Of a stretch of DNA of 64,000 nt, positions 42,248 to 53,241 are shown in pieces. The position numbers and the translations under genes were made by a program. How positions within the stretch are numbered: the first letter of the stretch is position 1; each line of letters starts with the position of its first letter. Location of the stretch: assembly GCA_963422205.2 (NCBI GenBank), contig CAXMWX010000009.1, positions 32,001 to 96,000 on the forward strand, read 5' to 3'. The notes beneath the pieces are model-generated. The model was not told the origin of the DNA. It saw only the letters and a list, made by a program, of their open reading frames with translations, and did no database searches. This DNA is from Gammaproteobacteria bacterium. GTDB lineage: Bacteria; Pseudomonadota; Gammaproteobacteria; Eutrophobiales; Eutrophobiaceae.

Positions 42248-42365
42248 TTTTCTATTGCCTTGCGTGGCTTGCTGACAGTTGCCCCCATAAGAGCGAGGGC
42301 CGGCCAATCCTTGTGATGGCCGATTATTTCTGGATAATATTCCAAACACTGGACGGACGGGAAAT

Positions 42366-43196
42366 ATGTCTGCCTACAAAGACTTCACTGACAGATTAAA
42401 ACTGCTGTTTTCAAAAAACCCGGGGCTTATCATTACGACCTTGAGCAATATATTCACCATGCGATTGATTGGCAATAAAACCCACGGTGATTTGGCCGAG
42501 ATAGCCATGTCTGAATTTATTAACCAGTACATGTATGACTTCACCTCCCGGCATGTGGGCAAGGACTTATATCGGGCAAAATCCAACGAAGAAGATATCT
42601 CGGTGATCAACGAGATAACCCGGGAGGAGATCCCCATCAGCCTGAAGGCATACGGCGATGGTCCGCTGCAATTATCCACGGACAAAAGTGCGGTCATGTT
42701 CCCGGCACTGCAAGCGCTGGGAGCGAATATTGCCGGTCAGGTGCTGGCCGATCTTTGGGATACGCCTGAATTTTCCGCATTTGGAAATATAAACATACTT
42801 CCCCTGATCTATGATGAGGACAATCAGCGATGCAACATACTGGTGTTTGATTCGGCGCACGCCAAACACGCGGCAGACCGTATCACTCTGGAAGCGGCGG
42901 GCGGGCGGCGCAAACATCCCGTCTATCGCTTCTATGACAACGAAGGCGGGTATATCTGTGAGGTGCGCTATGGGGATGCAGCGGCGAATGCCTTGCAGCG
43001 CGGCCTGTGGACGCATACGCAAAAAGGATTGCGCTACTTCAACTCGCTGACCGATGGCTGGGTTTCCTATACCCACAATGCCTGTCTCGTTGCTCTTCTC
43101 TCCCAGGCGCTGGCGGCCACCCGGCAGGGGCATGAATGCGCCCTGCGTGAGATCAAAGCCGACATAGCGCGGATCAAAAAGAACATGGGGGCCTGA
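42366..43196 (+). CDS. Putative Type II restriction endonuclease
   Basis: Coupled to an MTase (2 bp apart); E..EEDISV..PISLKAY resembles a PD-(D/E)xK variant; no family recognised. Confidence 0.6.
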   Translation: MSAYKDFTDRLKLLFSKNPGLIITTLSNIFTMRLIGNKTHGDLAEIAMSEFINQYMYDFTSRHVGKDLYRAKSNEEDISVINEITREEIPISLKAYGDGPLQLSTDKSAVMFPALQALGANIAGQVLADLWDTPEFSAFGNINILPLIYDEDNQRCNILVFDSAHAKHAADRITLEAAGGRRKHPVYRFYDNEGGYICEVRYGDAAANALQRGLWTHTQKGLRYFNSLTDGWVSYTHNACLVALLSQALAATRQGHECALREIKADIARIKKNMGA

Positions 43197-43198
43197 CC

Positions 43199-44380
43199 GT
43201 GCTGCATACGGACTTGTTCGGCAGCGTATCGCCACAGGATATAACAACGCAGGGCATCAAATACGCCGGCGCCAAGACCCGGCTGATAGCGCCCATCCTG
43301 AACATGATCGCGAAGGTCAGGCCGAGGCGGGTACTGGACGGGTTTGCTGGAACGACACGGGTCTCTCAAGCCCTCGCCCAGGCCGGATATCAGGTGCTCG
43401 TCAACGATACGGCCATCTGGACAAAGACCTTTGCTGAATGCTACCTCAAGGCACACCGAAGCGATGCCCACTACCAGGGTATTATCGATCACTTAAATGC
43501 CGTCCCCCCAAGACATGGCTGGTTTTCCGAGCATTACGGCGGCGAGGTGGTGGCCGGGCGTTTATCGAAAGGGCAGGATGGCTTAAAGAAGCCGTTTCAA
43601 ATGCCCAATGCGAACCGGCTGGATGGCATACGGGATGAGATAGACCGCCTGGCGTTGGCGCATGATGAGCGGCAGGTGGCGCTGACCAGCCTGATCCTGG
43701 CCCTGGAGCGGGTCGACAGCACACTGGGGCATTATGTCTCCTATCTCAAGGCATGGTCGCCGCGCTCGTTTAATACCTTGCAGCTTGAGCTGCCGCGCCT
43801 GATACGTTCAGACCAGCAGCATGAGGTGTTTAACGAAGATGCGGTGGGCTTGACGGCAAAGGTACAGGCGGATGTGGCCTATTTCGATCCGCCCTACGGC
43901 TCCAATAATGAAAAAATGCCGCCCTCCCGCGTGCGTTATGCGTCTTATTATCACCTGTGGAAGACCATCATCCTGAACGATCAGCCGCGGCTGGTCGGTG
44001 CTGCCCGGCGGCGTGAGGATTGTGCCGATACGGCGGGCGGGTCGGCATTTGAAGAGTTCCGCAGATCAACAAGCGGCAGATTTATGGTTATTGAGGCGAT
44101 AGAGCGTTTGATCCTTAACACGATTTCACCCTGTGTTGTCCTGTCCTACAGCTCTGGCGGGCGCGCCACCGCGACCGAATTAACCGACATACTTGCCCGC
44201 AACGGGACGATCATTGACGTTGTCAGGATAGCGCACAGGCGGCATGTGATGTCTCACATGAAGTGGACGAATGACTGGCTTCGGGATGGTGACGGGGAGA
44301 ATTTTGAATACCTGTTCCTCTTGCAAAAAAAACCGCACAAGCAGACCACTAACGCCAGCCCCCGCTTAACTACCAGCTAA
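43199..44380 (+). CDS. N6-adenine DNA methyltransferase (D12/NlaIII-FokI-like class)
   Basis: IKYAGAK, DGFAGT (motif I), AYFDPPY (motif IV), LSYS. Confidence 0.88.
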   Translation: MLHTDLFGSVSPQDITTQGIKYAGAKTRLIAPILNMIAKVRPRRVLDGFAGTTRVSQALAQAGYQVLVNDTAIWTKTFAECYLKAHRSDAHYQGIIDHLNAVPPRHGWFSEHYGGEVVAGRLSKGQDGLKKPFQMPNANRLDGIRDEIDRLALAHDERQVALTSLILALERVDSTLGHYVSYLKAWSPRSFNTLQLELPRLIRSDQQHEVFNEDAVGLTAKVQADVAYFDPPYGSNNEKMPPSRVRYASYYHLWKTIILNDQPRLVGAARRREDCADTAGGSAFEEFRRSTSGRFMVIEAIERLILNTISPCVVLSYSSGGRATATELTDILARNGTIIDVVRIAHRRHVMSHMKWTNDWLRDGDGENFEYLFLLQKKPHKQTTNASPRLTTS

Positions 44381-44714
44381 ACAGCACCCATTGCGGCACG
44401 TGAAAATCATCATAGATCTCGCTCATGCGTGATTCCATCTGCCCATCACCATCACGATCAACAAGATAATAGGCCGGGCCGACAACGGGCGTGATCCTGG
44501 TCATATAGTGCTTGCCATTGAGCCGATACTCTTCAATCACCGCCTCGTCCGTCCTGATGATCACCACCTCCGGCTCAATCGCCTCGCCGCTTTTCAGCGG
44601 GTCGGGCAACGTTGGCGGCAAAGGCACATCGTCAAGCGGCGGCGGCCCATCCTGCCCCTTAACGAGAGGGGCGGACAGGAATAACGCCAATATATATACC
44701 GGGATCAATCTCAT
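44370..44714 (-). CDS. DUF2782 family protein
   Basis: Signal peptide, EPEVVI..EEYR.NG, P..GPAYYLVD.DGDG, PQWVLFSW; typical divergent neighbour of polA. Confidence 0.88.
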   Translation of the reverse strand: MRLIPVYILALFLSAPLVKGQDGPPPLDDVPLPPTLPDPLKSGEAIEPEVVIIRTDEAVIEEYRLNGKHYMTRITPVVGPAYYLVDRDGDGQMESRMSEIYDDFHVPQWVLFSW

Positions 44715-44796
44715 CGCCTATCGCCTGTGCTGTCAGATCACATAAAATGCAGGCCGTCAGTATCCGCCATCCTGCCTGGCGTTACAATGCTTATGA

Positions 44797-44835
44797 TGAT
44801 TGCCCCGGGTGATTGCCTTGGGTGATTGCCTTGAC
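44797..44835. repeat. 13-bp tandem repeat x3 upstream of polA
   Basis: TGATTGCCCCGGG / TGATTGCCTTGGG / TGATTGCCTTGAC. Confidence 0.8.
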
Positions 44836-44861
44836 TGGGCAGGTTTGGGATGATGCCAGCC

Positions 44862-47564
44862 ATGGACAAACAATCCCTGGTGCTGGTGGACGGGTCTTAT
44901 TATCTGTTTCGAGCATACCATGCCATGCCGGAGTTCACCAACGCCAGGGGCGAGCCTACCGGCGCCCTGTACGGTGTCGTCAACATGTTGCGAAAATTAT
45001 TGCGGGAAGAACAGCCGGACTATTTTGCCGTGGTATTCGATGCCAAAGGCAAGAGCTTTCGCAACGACATGTATGCCGACTACAAGGCACACCGGCCGCC
45101 AACCCCGGACAACCTCATCGTACAGATCGAGCCGCTGCATGAGATCATCCGGGCGCTGGGGCTGCCGCTATTATGCGTTGATGGGGTGGAGGCCGATGAT
45201 GTCATCGCCACGCTGGCAGTGAAGGCGCAGGCGGCTGGCATGACCACGCTGATATCCACTGGCGATAAGGACCTGGCGCAACTGGTCAATGACGATATCG
45301 CGTTGATCAACACCATGAATAACGCCCGCTACGATCGGGCCGGCGTGATAGAAAAATACGGCGTGCCGCCGGAGCGGATTATCGACTACCTTGCCATCAT
45401 CGGCGACAGCACAGACAACATTCCCGGCGTACACAAGGCCGGCCCGAAGACAGCCGTAAAATGGCTGGCCGAGTACGGCTCGCTGGAGGGGATCATCGCC
45501 GCTGCTGACAGCATCAAGGGCAAGGTGGGCGGCTACTTAAGAGACAGCCTGCACCAGTTACCGCTGAACAAGCAGCTCATCACGCTGAAGACCGATGTGG
45601 CACTGGCCGTAGCGCCGCCGGAGTTGCTCATCTGCCCGCAGGATGCCGCCGCCCTGGGGGCGCACTATGTGCGCTGGGGCTTTAGAAGCTGGCTGCCTGA
45701 GTTGAACGGCACAGGAAAAGCTGAACACAGGGGCGCATCGGCAAAAGACCCGGCGGAGAGAGGCTATATCACCCTGCTGGATGAGTCAGGCTGGCAGGCG
45801 TGGCTGGAGAGAATACACGCCGCCCCACTTACCGCCTTTGACACCGAGACCACCAGCCTTGCTTACATGGACGCCGAGCTGGTTGGCATGTCATTCGCCA
45901 CCGATGCACACAGTGCGGCCTACCTGCCGCTGGCGCATGACTACCCCGGCGCACCGAAGCAGCTGGGACGGGCTGCCGTGCTGGCAGAACTTCGGCCCTG
46001 GCTGGAGTCAGCACAGCATAAGAAAGTCGGCCAAAACCTGAAATACGATAAAAATGTGCTGGCCCGCTACGGCATTACCCTTAGGGGCATCGCCCACGAT
46101 TGCATGTTGCAGTCCTATGTGCTGGACAGCACCGCCGTCCGCCACGATCTGGATTCGCTGGCGCAAAAATACCTTGACAGGCAAACCACCCGCTATGAGG
46201 ACATCGCCGGCAAGGGGGCAAAGCAGCTTAGCTTTAATCAGATCGCCCTGGCCGAAGCCGCACCTTATGCAGCCGAGGATGCCGACATCAGCCTGCAACT
46301 ACACCAGCACCTGTGGCCAAAACTCACCGCACAGAAAAAGTGCTGTGAGTTATATACCGACATCGAGCTGCCGCTGCTCAGCGTCATCTCGGACATGGAG
46401 CGAGGCGGTGTGCAGATCGATACCGCCATGCTGGCCGAGCAAAGCCAGGGGCTGGCCGAGGCCATGCAGGTGCTTGAGCAAGATGCCTTTGAATTGGCTG
46501 GCGAGCGTTTTAACATCGGCTCACCGAAACAAATCCAGGCGATTTTGTATGAGAAGCTGGGCCTGCCGGTATTATCCAGGACCCCCAAGGGGCAGCCCTC
46601 CACCGCCGAGGCCGTGTTGCAGGAGTTAGCTATTGATTACCCGCTGCCGAAACTGATACTGGAACACCGCAGCGTCAACAAGCTGAAATCGGCCTACACC
46701 GACAAGCTGCCCTTGCTGGTCAACCGCCACACAGGCCGCGTACACACTTCCTACCATCAGGCCATCGCCGCCACGGGAAGATTATCCTCCTCTGATCCGA
46801 ACCTGCAAAACATCCCCATACGCACCGAGGCCGGGCGCAAAATACGCCAGGCATTTACCTGCCCCCGGGGTCACATCCTGCTGGCGGCTGATTACTCGCA
46901 GATAGAATTACGCATCATGGCGCACCTGTCCGGTGATGAGACCTTGCTGGCGGCTTTTAACAACAATGCGGACATCCACCAAAGCACGGCTGCCGAGGTC
47001 TTTGCGCTGCCGCCAGCACAGATCAGCGGCGAGCAACGGCGGGCGGCCAAGGCCATCAACTTTGGCCTGATATACGGCATGTCGGCCTGGGGGCTGGCAA
47101 AGCAATTAGGCATACAGCGAAGTGCCGCCCAGGACTATGTCGACCGGTATTTTCAACGATATCCGGCGGTGCGGGCGTACATGGACAAGGTACGTGAGCA
47201 GGCAAGAGAGGCCGGCTATGTTGAGACCTTGTTTGGGCGGCGGCTGTATGTGCCGGAGATTCGCTCACGCCATGCCGCCCGGCGCCAGTATGCCGAGAGA
47301 ACCGCCATCAATGCGCCCATGCAGGGAACAGCCGCCGACATCATCAAGCGCGCCATGCTCGCCATCGACAGGGAATTGCTACAGACCAACGATGAGATAA
47401 AGATGATCATGCAGGTGCATGATGAGCTGGTGTTTGAAGTGCGGGCGGAGGCAGCGGAAAAATACCAGCCGGCCATTGCCCGGCTGATGGGTGAGGCGGC
47501 GCTGCTGGATGTCCCCCTGCTGGTAGATATCGGCAGCGGCCAGAATTGGGATGAGGCGCATTAG
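44862..47564 (+). CDS. polA: DNA polymerase I
   Basis: LVDGSYYLFRAYHA, FDTETT, TGRLSSSDPNLQNIP, DYSQIELR, QVHDELVFE. Confidence 0.98.
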   Translation: MDKQSLVLVDGSYYLFRAYHAMPEFTNARGEPTGALYGVVNMLRKLLREEQPDYFAVVFDAKGKSFRNDMYADYKAHRPPTPDNLIVQIEPLHEIIRALGLPLLCVDGVEADDVIATLAVKAQAAGMTTLISTGDKDLAQLVNDDIALINTMNNARYDRAGVIEKYGVPPERIIDYLAIIGDSTDNIPGVHKAGPKTAVKWLAEYGSLEGIIAAADSIKGKVGGYLRDSLHQLPLNKQLITLKTDVALAVAPPELLICPQDAAALGAHYVRWGFRSWLPELNGTGKAEHRGASAKDPAERGYITLLDESGWQAWLERIHAAPLTAFDTETTSLAYMDAELVGMSFATDAHSAAYLPLAHDYPGAPKQLGRAAVLAELRPWLESAQHKKVGQNLKYDKNVLARYGITLRGIAHDCMLQSYVLDSTAVRHDLDSLAQKYLDRQTTRYEDIAGKGAKQLSFNQIALAEAAPYAAEDADISLQLHQHLWPKLTAQKKCCELYTDIELPLLSVISDMERGGVQIDTAMLAEQSQGLAEAMQVLEQDAFELAGERFNIGSPKQIQAILYEKLGLPVLSRTPKGQPSTAEAVLQELAIDYPLPKLILEHRSVNKLKSAYTDKLPLLVNRHTGRVHTSYHQAIAATGRLSSSDPNLQNIPIRTEAGRKIRQAFTCPRGHILLAADYSQIELRIMAHLSGDETLLAAFNNNADIHQSTAAEVFALPPAQISGEQRRAAKAINFGLIYGMSAWGLAKQLGIQRSAAQDYVDRYFQRYPAVRAYMDKVREQAREAGYVETLFGRRLYVPEIRSRHAARRQYAERTAINAPMQGTAADIIKRAMLAIDRELLQTNDEIKMIMQVHDELVFEVRAEAAEKYQPAIARLMGEAALLDVPLLVDIGSGQNWDEAH

Positions 47565-47665
47565 GCGGTCGCTTACCTGTCAGGCAGACTGTGCTAAGAT
47601 GCCATCGGGCTGATCAGAATTTATAATAACACACGGTTTAACCACACGTACCCAGGAAGCAAATC

Positions 47666-48406
47666 ATGTTGTTGATCCCCGCCATAGATATCAAAGATGG
47701 GAAGTGTGTGCGTCTGCGCCAGGGTGATATGGACTGCGAGACGGTGTACGGCGATGATCCGCTGGCGGCGGCCACACGCTGGGTTGAGGCCGGGGCGAAG
47801 CGGCTGCATATCGTTGATTTGAACGGGGCGCAAACCGGCCGGCCAGCCAACGCCGACATCATCCATGCCATTGTCGAGCAATACCCGCACATCGATATTC
47901 AAGCAGGCGGCGGCATTCGTGATGAGGACACCATCCAGACCTATCTGGATGCGGGCGTCCGCTATGTCATCATCGGCACCCGCGCCGTGACCACGCCACA
48001 TTTTGTGGCGGATATCTGTCTGGAGTTCCCCGGCCATATCATCGTTGCCCTGGATGCCAAAGACGGCAAGCTGGCCACCGATGGCTGGTCAAAGCTCTCG
48101 CGCCACGATGCTGCTGACATGGCACAACGCTTTGAACAGGAAGGCGTCTCGGCGATCATCTTCACCGACATCGGTCGGGACGGCATGATGACCCGGGTCA
48201 ACATTGAAGCCACGGTCAGCCTGTGTCGGCAGATCACCATTCCAGTGATCGCCTCGGGCGGCATAAGAGACCTTGACGATGTGCGGGCGCTTTGTCAGGT
48301 GGCGGGGGAAGGCATTGCCGGGGCCATCACCGGGCGGGCGATCTACGAAGGTGCGCTGGATTTCAAGGCCGCCCTGGAACTCATCAACTCGCTCTGCCCG
48401 GGCTGA
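47666..48406 (+). CDS. hisA: ProFAR isomerase
   Basis: [32 protein letters not shown]. Confidence 0.97.
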   Translation: MLLIPAIDIKDGKCVRLRQGDMDCETVYGDDPLAAATRWVEAGAKRLHIVDLNGAQTGRPANADIIHAIVEQYPHIDIQAGGGIRDEDTIQTYLDAGVRYVIIGTRAVTTPHFVADICLEFPGHIIVALDAKDGKLATDGWSKLSRHDAADMAQRFEQEGVSAIIFTDIGRDGMMTRVNIEATVSLCRQITIPVIASGGIRDLDDVRALCQVAGEGIAGAITGRAIYEGALDFKAALELINSLCPG

Positions 48407-48408
48407 CC

Positions 48409-49221
48409 GTGGCGCTGGCCAAACGCATCATCCCCTGTCTGGATGTGGATGCCGGGCGGGTAGTCAAAGGCGTTAAGTTTGTTGACCTCATTGATGCTGG
48501 CGACCCGGTGGCAGTGGCACGCCAGTATGATGCACAGGGGGCGGATGAGCTGGTCTTTCTGGACATCACCGCCAGCAGTGATAATCGCGATACCCTGCGG
48601 CATGTGGTGGAGGCAGTGGCCGGCGAGGTGTTTATCCCCTTAACCGTGGGCGGCGGCATCCGTACACTGACCGATATACAGCACCTGCTGGATGTCGGGG
48701 CGGACAAACTCAGCATCAACACGGCCGCCGTGCAGCGGCCGGAGTTTGTCAGGGAGGCGGCGGCGCAATTTGGCTCACAGTGCATCGTGGTGGCGATCGA
48801 TGCCAAGCGCACAGGGATGCTGGCTGATGCGCCAGATGAGGGCGGTCGGGGCTGGGAGGTCTATACCCACGGCGGGCGCAACCGCACGGGCATTGACGCC
48901 GTAGCATGGGCAAAGCAGATGGCCGCCTGTGGTGCGGGTGAGATCCTGCTCACCAGCATGGACCGGGATGGTGGTCGTGATGGTTTTGATCTGGCATTGA
49001 CCCGGGCTGTCAGCGAGGCCGTACCTATACCGGTGATCGCCTCGGGCGGCGTTGGCTCCCTGGCGCATCTGGCAGCAGGCATTATTGAAGGCAAGGCCGA
49101 TGCGGTGCTGGCCGCCAGCATCTTCCACTTTGGCGAGCACAGTATACGACAGGCAAAACACCACCTGGCGCAACACGGCATTGAGGTGCGGCTTTCGCCT
49201 GAAGACACGGCGGGAAAATGA
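48409..49221 (+). CDS. hisF: Imidazole glycerol phosphate synthase cyclase subunit
   Basis: [35 protein letters not shown]; GTG start. Confidence 0.97.
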   Translation: MALAKRIIPCLDVDAGRVVKGVKFVDLIDAGDPVAVARQYDAQGADELVFLDITASSDNRDTLRHVVEAVAGEVFIPLTVGGGIRTLTDIQHLLDVGADKLSINTAAVQRPEFVREAAAQFGSQCIVVAIDAKRTGMLADAPDEGGRGWEVYTHGGRNRTGIDAVAWAKQMAACGAGEILLTSMDRDGGRDGFDLALTRAVSEAVPIPVIASGGVGSLAHLAAGIIEGKADAVLAASIFHFGEHSIRQAKHHLAQHGIEVRLSPEDTAGK

Positions 49222-49251
49222 CAACAAAAAAAGGCTTGGAGGATCACGCTA

Positions 49252-50218
49252 ATGAGCCATGACCTGGAAAAAGAAATCAGACTGGTTGAGGAGGCCAGTC
49301 CGCATGGCTGGCACCTTGAGGAAATCGATAGCAAAGGCGGGCGAAAGAGTGGGAGTTTCACGCCTTGGCAGGAGGAAATCTATTTTACGGCCAGCGAACT
49401 GCGCCTGGAGCAGCAAGTATATGTACATAATAGTGATGGCTCGTTTCTTTGGGACAATAAAAAAAAAGGATGGACGGGAAATTGAAGAAGGCGAAGTCAT
49501 CACCGCCGTACTGCATCCCGGCATCTGCACTGACGGAAAATATTTTCACGATGCTCCTTTATTCTCACTGTTCGGTACCGACACACCCATAGCTGAATTT
49601 TCTCTTGCGATAAGAGTCGCTACTGATGAGAAAGAAGGGGGTATTGTTGTTTATACCTTTAATGAGAAGCAAGATGATGTTGATGTCGATTATGGTGTGA
49701 TGCGAATAAACCTGGGCATACCTCGACAGAGATTTCACAAATTGGCTGGGTTGATAAGCGCCAGGATGATTGATGTCGCCACGTTTAGCCTGGATAAAGC
49801 AACCGGATTCTATAGTGGTACCATCTATCATCCCCACAACTTTAGGGACAACATTAAAGTGCTTTATGACAACACGCTTTATGACGATAGACAGGGAAAG
49901 TCCATAAAACAAAAGATCATAAAGCCGGCGGAATGTAACATTAAACCGCCCGAGTTGGGCGATGTCGGTGGATTTAACTTAAATTTAACTACGCGGTGCA
50001 AACTCAATCCGAGACAAAACTTCAAGTATCCAAAAATCACAAAACCAGACTTCTCAGAATATGGGTCTACAGTTGAAATATGCGAAGAGGCGGAATGGAC
50101 GGAAGAAATCATTAAAAAACTGTTGGCTCAAATCGCACGCGATCAGACCGAACTCGTCAAATTAAAAACACCCGTCTGGCTTATCACAATATTATTTGGG
50201 GTGTTATTGCTATTTTAA
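49252..50218 (+). CDS. Hypothetical protein with C-terminal TM helix, frameshifted at an A9 tract
   Basis: GGAG RBS + ATG 49252; ORF 49252..49485 joins the long +1 frame at A9 (49459..49467); AT-rich; ends WLITILFGVLLLF. Confidence 0.6.
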
Positions 50219-50248
50219 AATAACAGGGCGACAGAGTAAGAACACGAC

Positions 50249-51049
50249 ATGAAGGTAAGCACACCGCCGATAAAACCCCAGGGCATAAAGACAAAACTTG
50301 TGCCGTGGATTGGCCGCCTGGTGGATCGTGAACTTGCAGGCCGCTGGATAGAGCCGTTCATGGGCACGGGTGTTGTCGGCTTTAATCTTGCACAAGAGGG
50401 CGCAAGGCTGGCGGATAAGGGCGAGGCGCATTACTATAAAATACGCGACAGGTTCAATCAGGATCATCAGCCGCTTGATTTTTTGTTCCTAAACCGGGCG
50501 GGATTTAACGGCATGATCCGATTTAATCGTCAGGGGGATTTCAATGTGCCTTTTTGCCGAAAGCCCGGGCGTTTTGCACCGGCTTACATTACGAAGATCG
50601 TCAATCAGGTCTCCCATGTTGCCCGGCGGTTACAGACCGGGGACTTTATCTTCACATGCCAGGGGTTTGAGGAGACCATCAGGGCGGGCGGGGCTGAGGA
50701 TATGATCTACTGCGATCCCCCCTACCTTGGCCGGCACACGGATTACTACAATGGCTGGGATGGCCAGCTTGAGAAGGCGCTGTTTAAGGCATTATCCAGG
50801 GCGCCGGGTAAATTCATTTTGTCCACCTGGCATCATAACGACTACCGGGAAAATGAATACATTAACTCGCTATGGAGCCAGTTTAACGTCCTGACCAGGG
50901 CGCATTTCTATCACGTTGGGGCGAGCGAGGCTAACCGCAGGCCAATGGTTGAGGCGCTCATCACCAACTGCGATAGCGCTTTTTATGCACGGGATGAGCG
51001 GCAGGACCAGGGGCCGTTGCTGGAAAGGCACCGCGCAAGCGGTGCATAA
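50249..51049 (+). CDS. M.EcoRV-like (Dam family) adenine methyltransferase with an internal deletion
   Basis: [70 protein letters not shown] closely follow M.EcoRV as recalled. Confidence 0.85.
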   Translation: MKVSTPPIKPQGIKTKLVPWIGRLVDRELAGRWIEPFMGTGVVGFNLAQEGARLADKGEAHYYKIRDRFNQDHQPLDFLFLNRAGFNGMIRFNRQGDFNVPFCRKPGRFAPAYITKIVNQVSHVARRLQTGDFIFTCQGFEETIRAGGAEDMIYCDPPYLGRHTDYYNGWDGQLEKALFKALSRAPGKFILSTWHHNDYRENEYINSLWSQFNVLTRAHFYHVGASEANRRPMVEALITNCDSAFYARDERQDQGPLLERHRASGA

Positions 51050-51112
51050 TGGCTTGCCTGATGAGCGCTGAATTAACTCTGCCTGGCCGTTTATTAAGAA
51101 TGTCAGCACAAC

Positions 51113-51517
51113 ATGAATGATGAGACAGCACAATGGCTGGGGCGGGTCAACTGGAACCGGGACGGTTTGGTAGCGACCATCGCCCAGGACAAGGCCAGCG
51201 GGCGGGTGTTGACGCTGGCCTGGATGAATCGCACCGCCCTGACGGAGACGCTGGCCTTAAAACAAGCCGTCTACTGGTCACGTTCACGGCAAAGGCTCTG
51301 GCATAAAGGCGAGCGCTCCGGCCTGTTTCAGCAGGTGCATGAGATCCGCCTGGACTGCGATGCCGATGCCATCCTGTTACAGGTCACGCAAGCCGGCGGG
51401 GTAGCCTGTCACACCGGCCGGGCCAGTTGTTTTTTTCTGCGCCTTAATGAGGGCGAATGGCAGGCGGTCGAGCCGGTGTTAATTGAGCCGGATAAACTGT
51501 ATGGCGAGAGAGCATGA
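51113..51517 (+). CDS. hisI: Phosphoribosyl-AMP cyclohydrolase
   Basis: YWSRSR..LWHKGE.SG, DCDAD, ACHTGRASCF. Confidence 0.96.
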   Translation: MNDETAQWLGRVNWNRDGLVATIAQDKASGRVLTLAWMNRTALTETLALKQAVYWSRSRQRLWHKGERSGLFQQVHEIRLDCDADAILLQVTQAGGVACHTGRASCFFLRLNEGEWQAVEPVLIEPDKLYGERA

Positions 51518-51837
51518 ACGAGGCCGAGGTGCTGGCCGAGTTGGCCGCGGTGCTGGAGCAAAGAAAACAGGCCCGGCCAGCAGAATCCTACGTTGCCTCG
51601 CTGTATGCGGGCGGCACCGATTTGATCGCCGCCAAGATCAGCGAAGAGGCCGAAGAGACGATCCAGGCAGCGAAGACCGAGGAAGATAAAGCGCTCATCC
51701 ACGAAACCGCCGACCTGTGGTTTCACAGCCTGGTGCTGCTGTGCCACAAGAACATTGCCCCGAAGGCGGTACTGGCCGAGCTAACCCGCCGCTTTGGCCT
51801 GTCCGGTCACACAGAAAAAGCCGCCAGAGACAAATAA
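51514..51837 (+). CDS. hisE: Phosphoribosyl-ATP pyrophosphatase
   Basis: SYVASL, KISEEAEE, ETADLWFH, RRFGLSG. Confidence 0.95.
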   Translation: MNEAEVLAELAAVLEQRKQARPAESYVASLYAGGTDLIAAKISEEAEETIQAAKTEEDKALIHETADLWFHSLVLLCHKNIAPKAVLAELTRRFGLSGHTEKAARDK

Positions 51838-51915
51838 AAGCTGTAGTATACTGCTGACTTGGGCGGCCAGGCTGTTAAGGCTGCCCTGATCGGTTTTGCT
51901 TTGTGGAGGGTGACT

Positions 51916-52152
51916 ATGAGTTTTGGTATTTGGGAGCTGGGCATCATTCTCGCCATTGTGGCGCTGCTGTTCGGCACCAAGAAGCTACGCACCATAGGTG
52001 CGGACATGGGCAGTGCCATCAAGGGCTTTCGCTCGGCGATGAAGGATGAGGAGACGAACGGTGCTGAAGCGCCAGCGGAAGGCCGGGTTATTGAAGGAGA
52101 AGTGCAGCCGCCGACAAAAAACAGCACCGAGAGAGCCCCCGGCACAAGCTGA
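51916..52152 (+). CDS. tatA: TatA
   Basis: [23 protein letters not shown]. Confidence 0.94.
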   Translation: MSFGIWELGIILAIVALLFGTKKLRTIGADMGSAIKGFRSAMKDEETNGAEAPAEGRVIEGEVQPPTKNSTERAPGTS

Positions 52153-52167
52153 CAGGGATACAGCAGC

Positions 52168-52461
52168 ATGTTCGATGTCGGCTTCTGGGAGTTGGTGATC
52201 ATCGCTGCGGTGGCGCTGCTGGTGGCCGGCCCGGAGAAGCTGCCCGGCATGGTGCGTGATGCCAGCAGGGCGCTGCGCCGTATCCGCCGTTTTGTCACCG
52301 AGACAAAATATACGATAGAGCGGGAGTTGGAACTGGACGAGGGCAGGGACTTAAAGACCCGGCTGGACAGCATGAACGACCTGATGAGGATCGCCCCGGA
52401 CAACACCATGGATAAAAACACGATTCATGACGCGCCGCCGCCCGATCAAAAAACCCCTTAA
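52168..52461 (+). CDS. tatB: TatB
   Basis: MFDVGFWEL..GPEKLP. Confidence 0.94.
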   Translation: MFDVGFWELVIIAAVALLVAGPEKLPGMVRDASRALRRIRRFVTETKYTIERELELDEGRDLKTRLDSMNDLMRIAPDNTMDKNTIHDAPPPDQKTP

Positions 52462-52469
52462 TTCGCCCC

Positions 52470-53231
52470 ATGCCGGATTCTGCACCGCCCCAGCCAGAGG
52501 ACCCTGAACTGCCCCTGATCGCCCATCTGGCCGAGTTGCGTGGCCGCCTGTTGCGCTCGCTGGCCGGTGTTTTTGCTGTGTTTTTGGTGTTAAGTTTTTT
52601 TGCCAGCGAGATCTACACCCTGATCTCAGGGCCGCTGTTAGCCCACCTGCCGGAGAACAGCGGCATGATCGCCACCGAAGTTGCCTCGCCGTTTTTAGTG
52701 CCGTTCAAACTCACGCTGTTTGTCGCTGTGCTGATCACCGCACCCTACATTCTCTACCAGGCCTGGGCCTTCATCGCCCCCGGCCTGTACCTGAACGAAC
52801 AGCGCCTTGCCCGGCCCCTGCTGTGCAGCAGCATCATGCTGTTCTATCTGGGCAATGCGTTTGCTTTCTTTGTTGTATTCCCGGTGATATTTGAATTTTT
52901 TACTGCCTTCGCCCCCGAGGGGGTTACTGTCATGACCGACATCAGCCACTACTTAAATTTTGTGTTAAAAATGTCACTGGCCTTTGGCATGGCCTTTGAA
53001 GTCCCTATCGCAACCCTGATCCTGATATGGACGGGCCTTGCTGATGAGGAGGGTCTGCGAACCAAGCGGCCCTATGTCATTGTCGCCGCCTTTGCTGCTG
53101 GCATGTTGCTCACCCCGCCTGATGTGATCTCGCAGATCATGCTGGCGGTACCGGTGTGGTTATTGTTTGAATCCGGCCTGTACCTCAGCCGTTTTTTCTC
53201 TGCTGGCATGGAACACAAGGGTACGGCCTGA
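52470..53231 (+). CDS. tatC: TatC
   Basis: HLAELR.RL, W.FIAPGLY..E, LTPPDVISQ. Confidence 0.96.
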   Translation: MPDSAPPQPEDPELPLIAHLAELRGRLLRSLAGVFAVFLVLSFFASEIYTLISGPLLAHLPENSGMIATEVASPFLVPFKLTLFVAVLITAPYILYQAWAFIAPGLYLNEQRLARPLLCSSIMLFYLGNAFAFFVVFPVIFEFFTAFAPEGVTVMTDISHYLNFVLKMSLAFGMAFEVPIATLILIWTGLADEEGLRTKRPYVIVAAFAAGMLLTPPDVISQIMLAVPVWLLFESGLYLSRFFSAGMEHKGTA

Positions 53232-53241
53232 CAGAAACACG

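Noticed and set aside
49459-49468. Programmed -1 ribosomal frameshift at A AAA AAG
   Set aside because: Joining the two ORFs needs a +1 shift, not -1.
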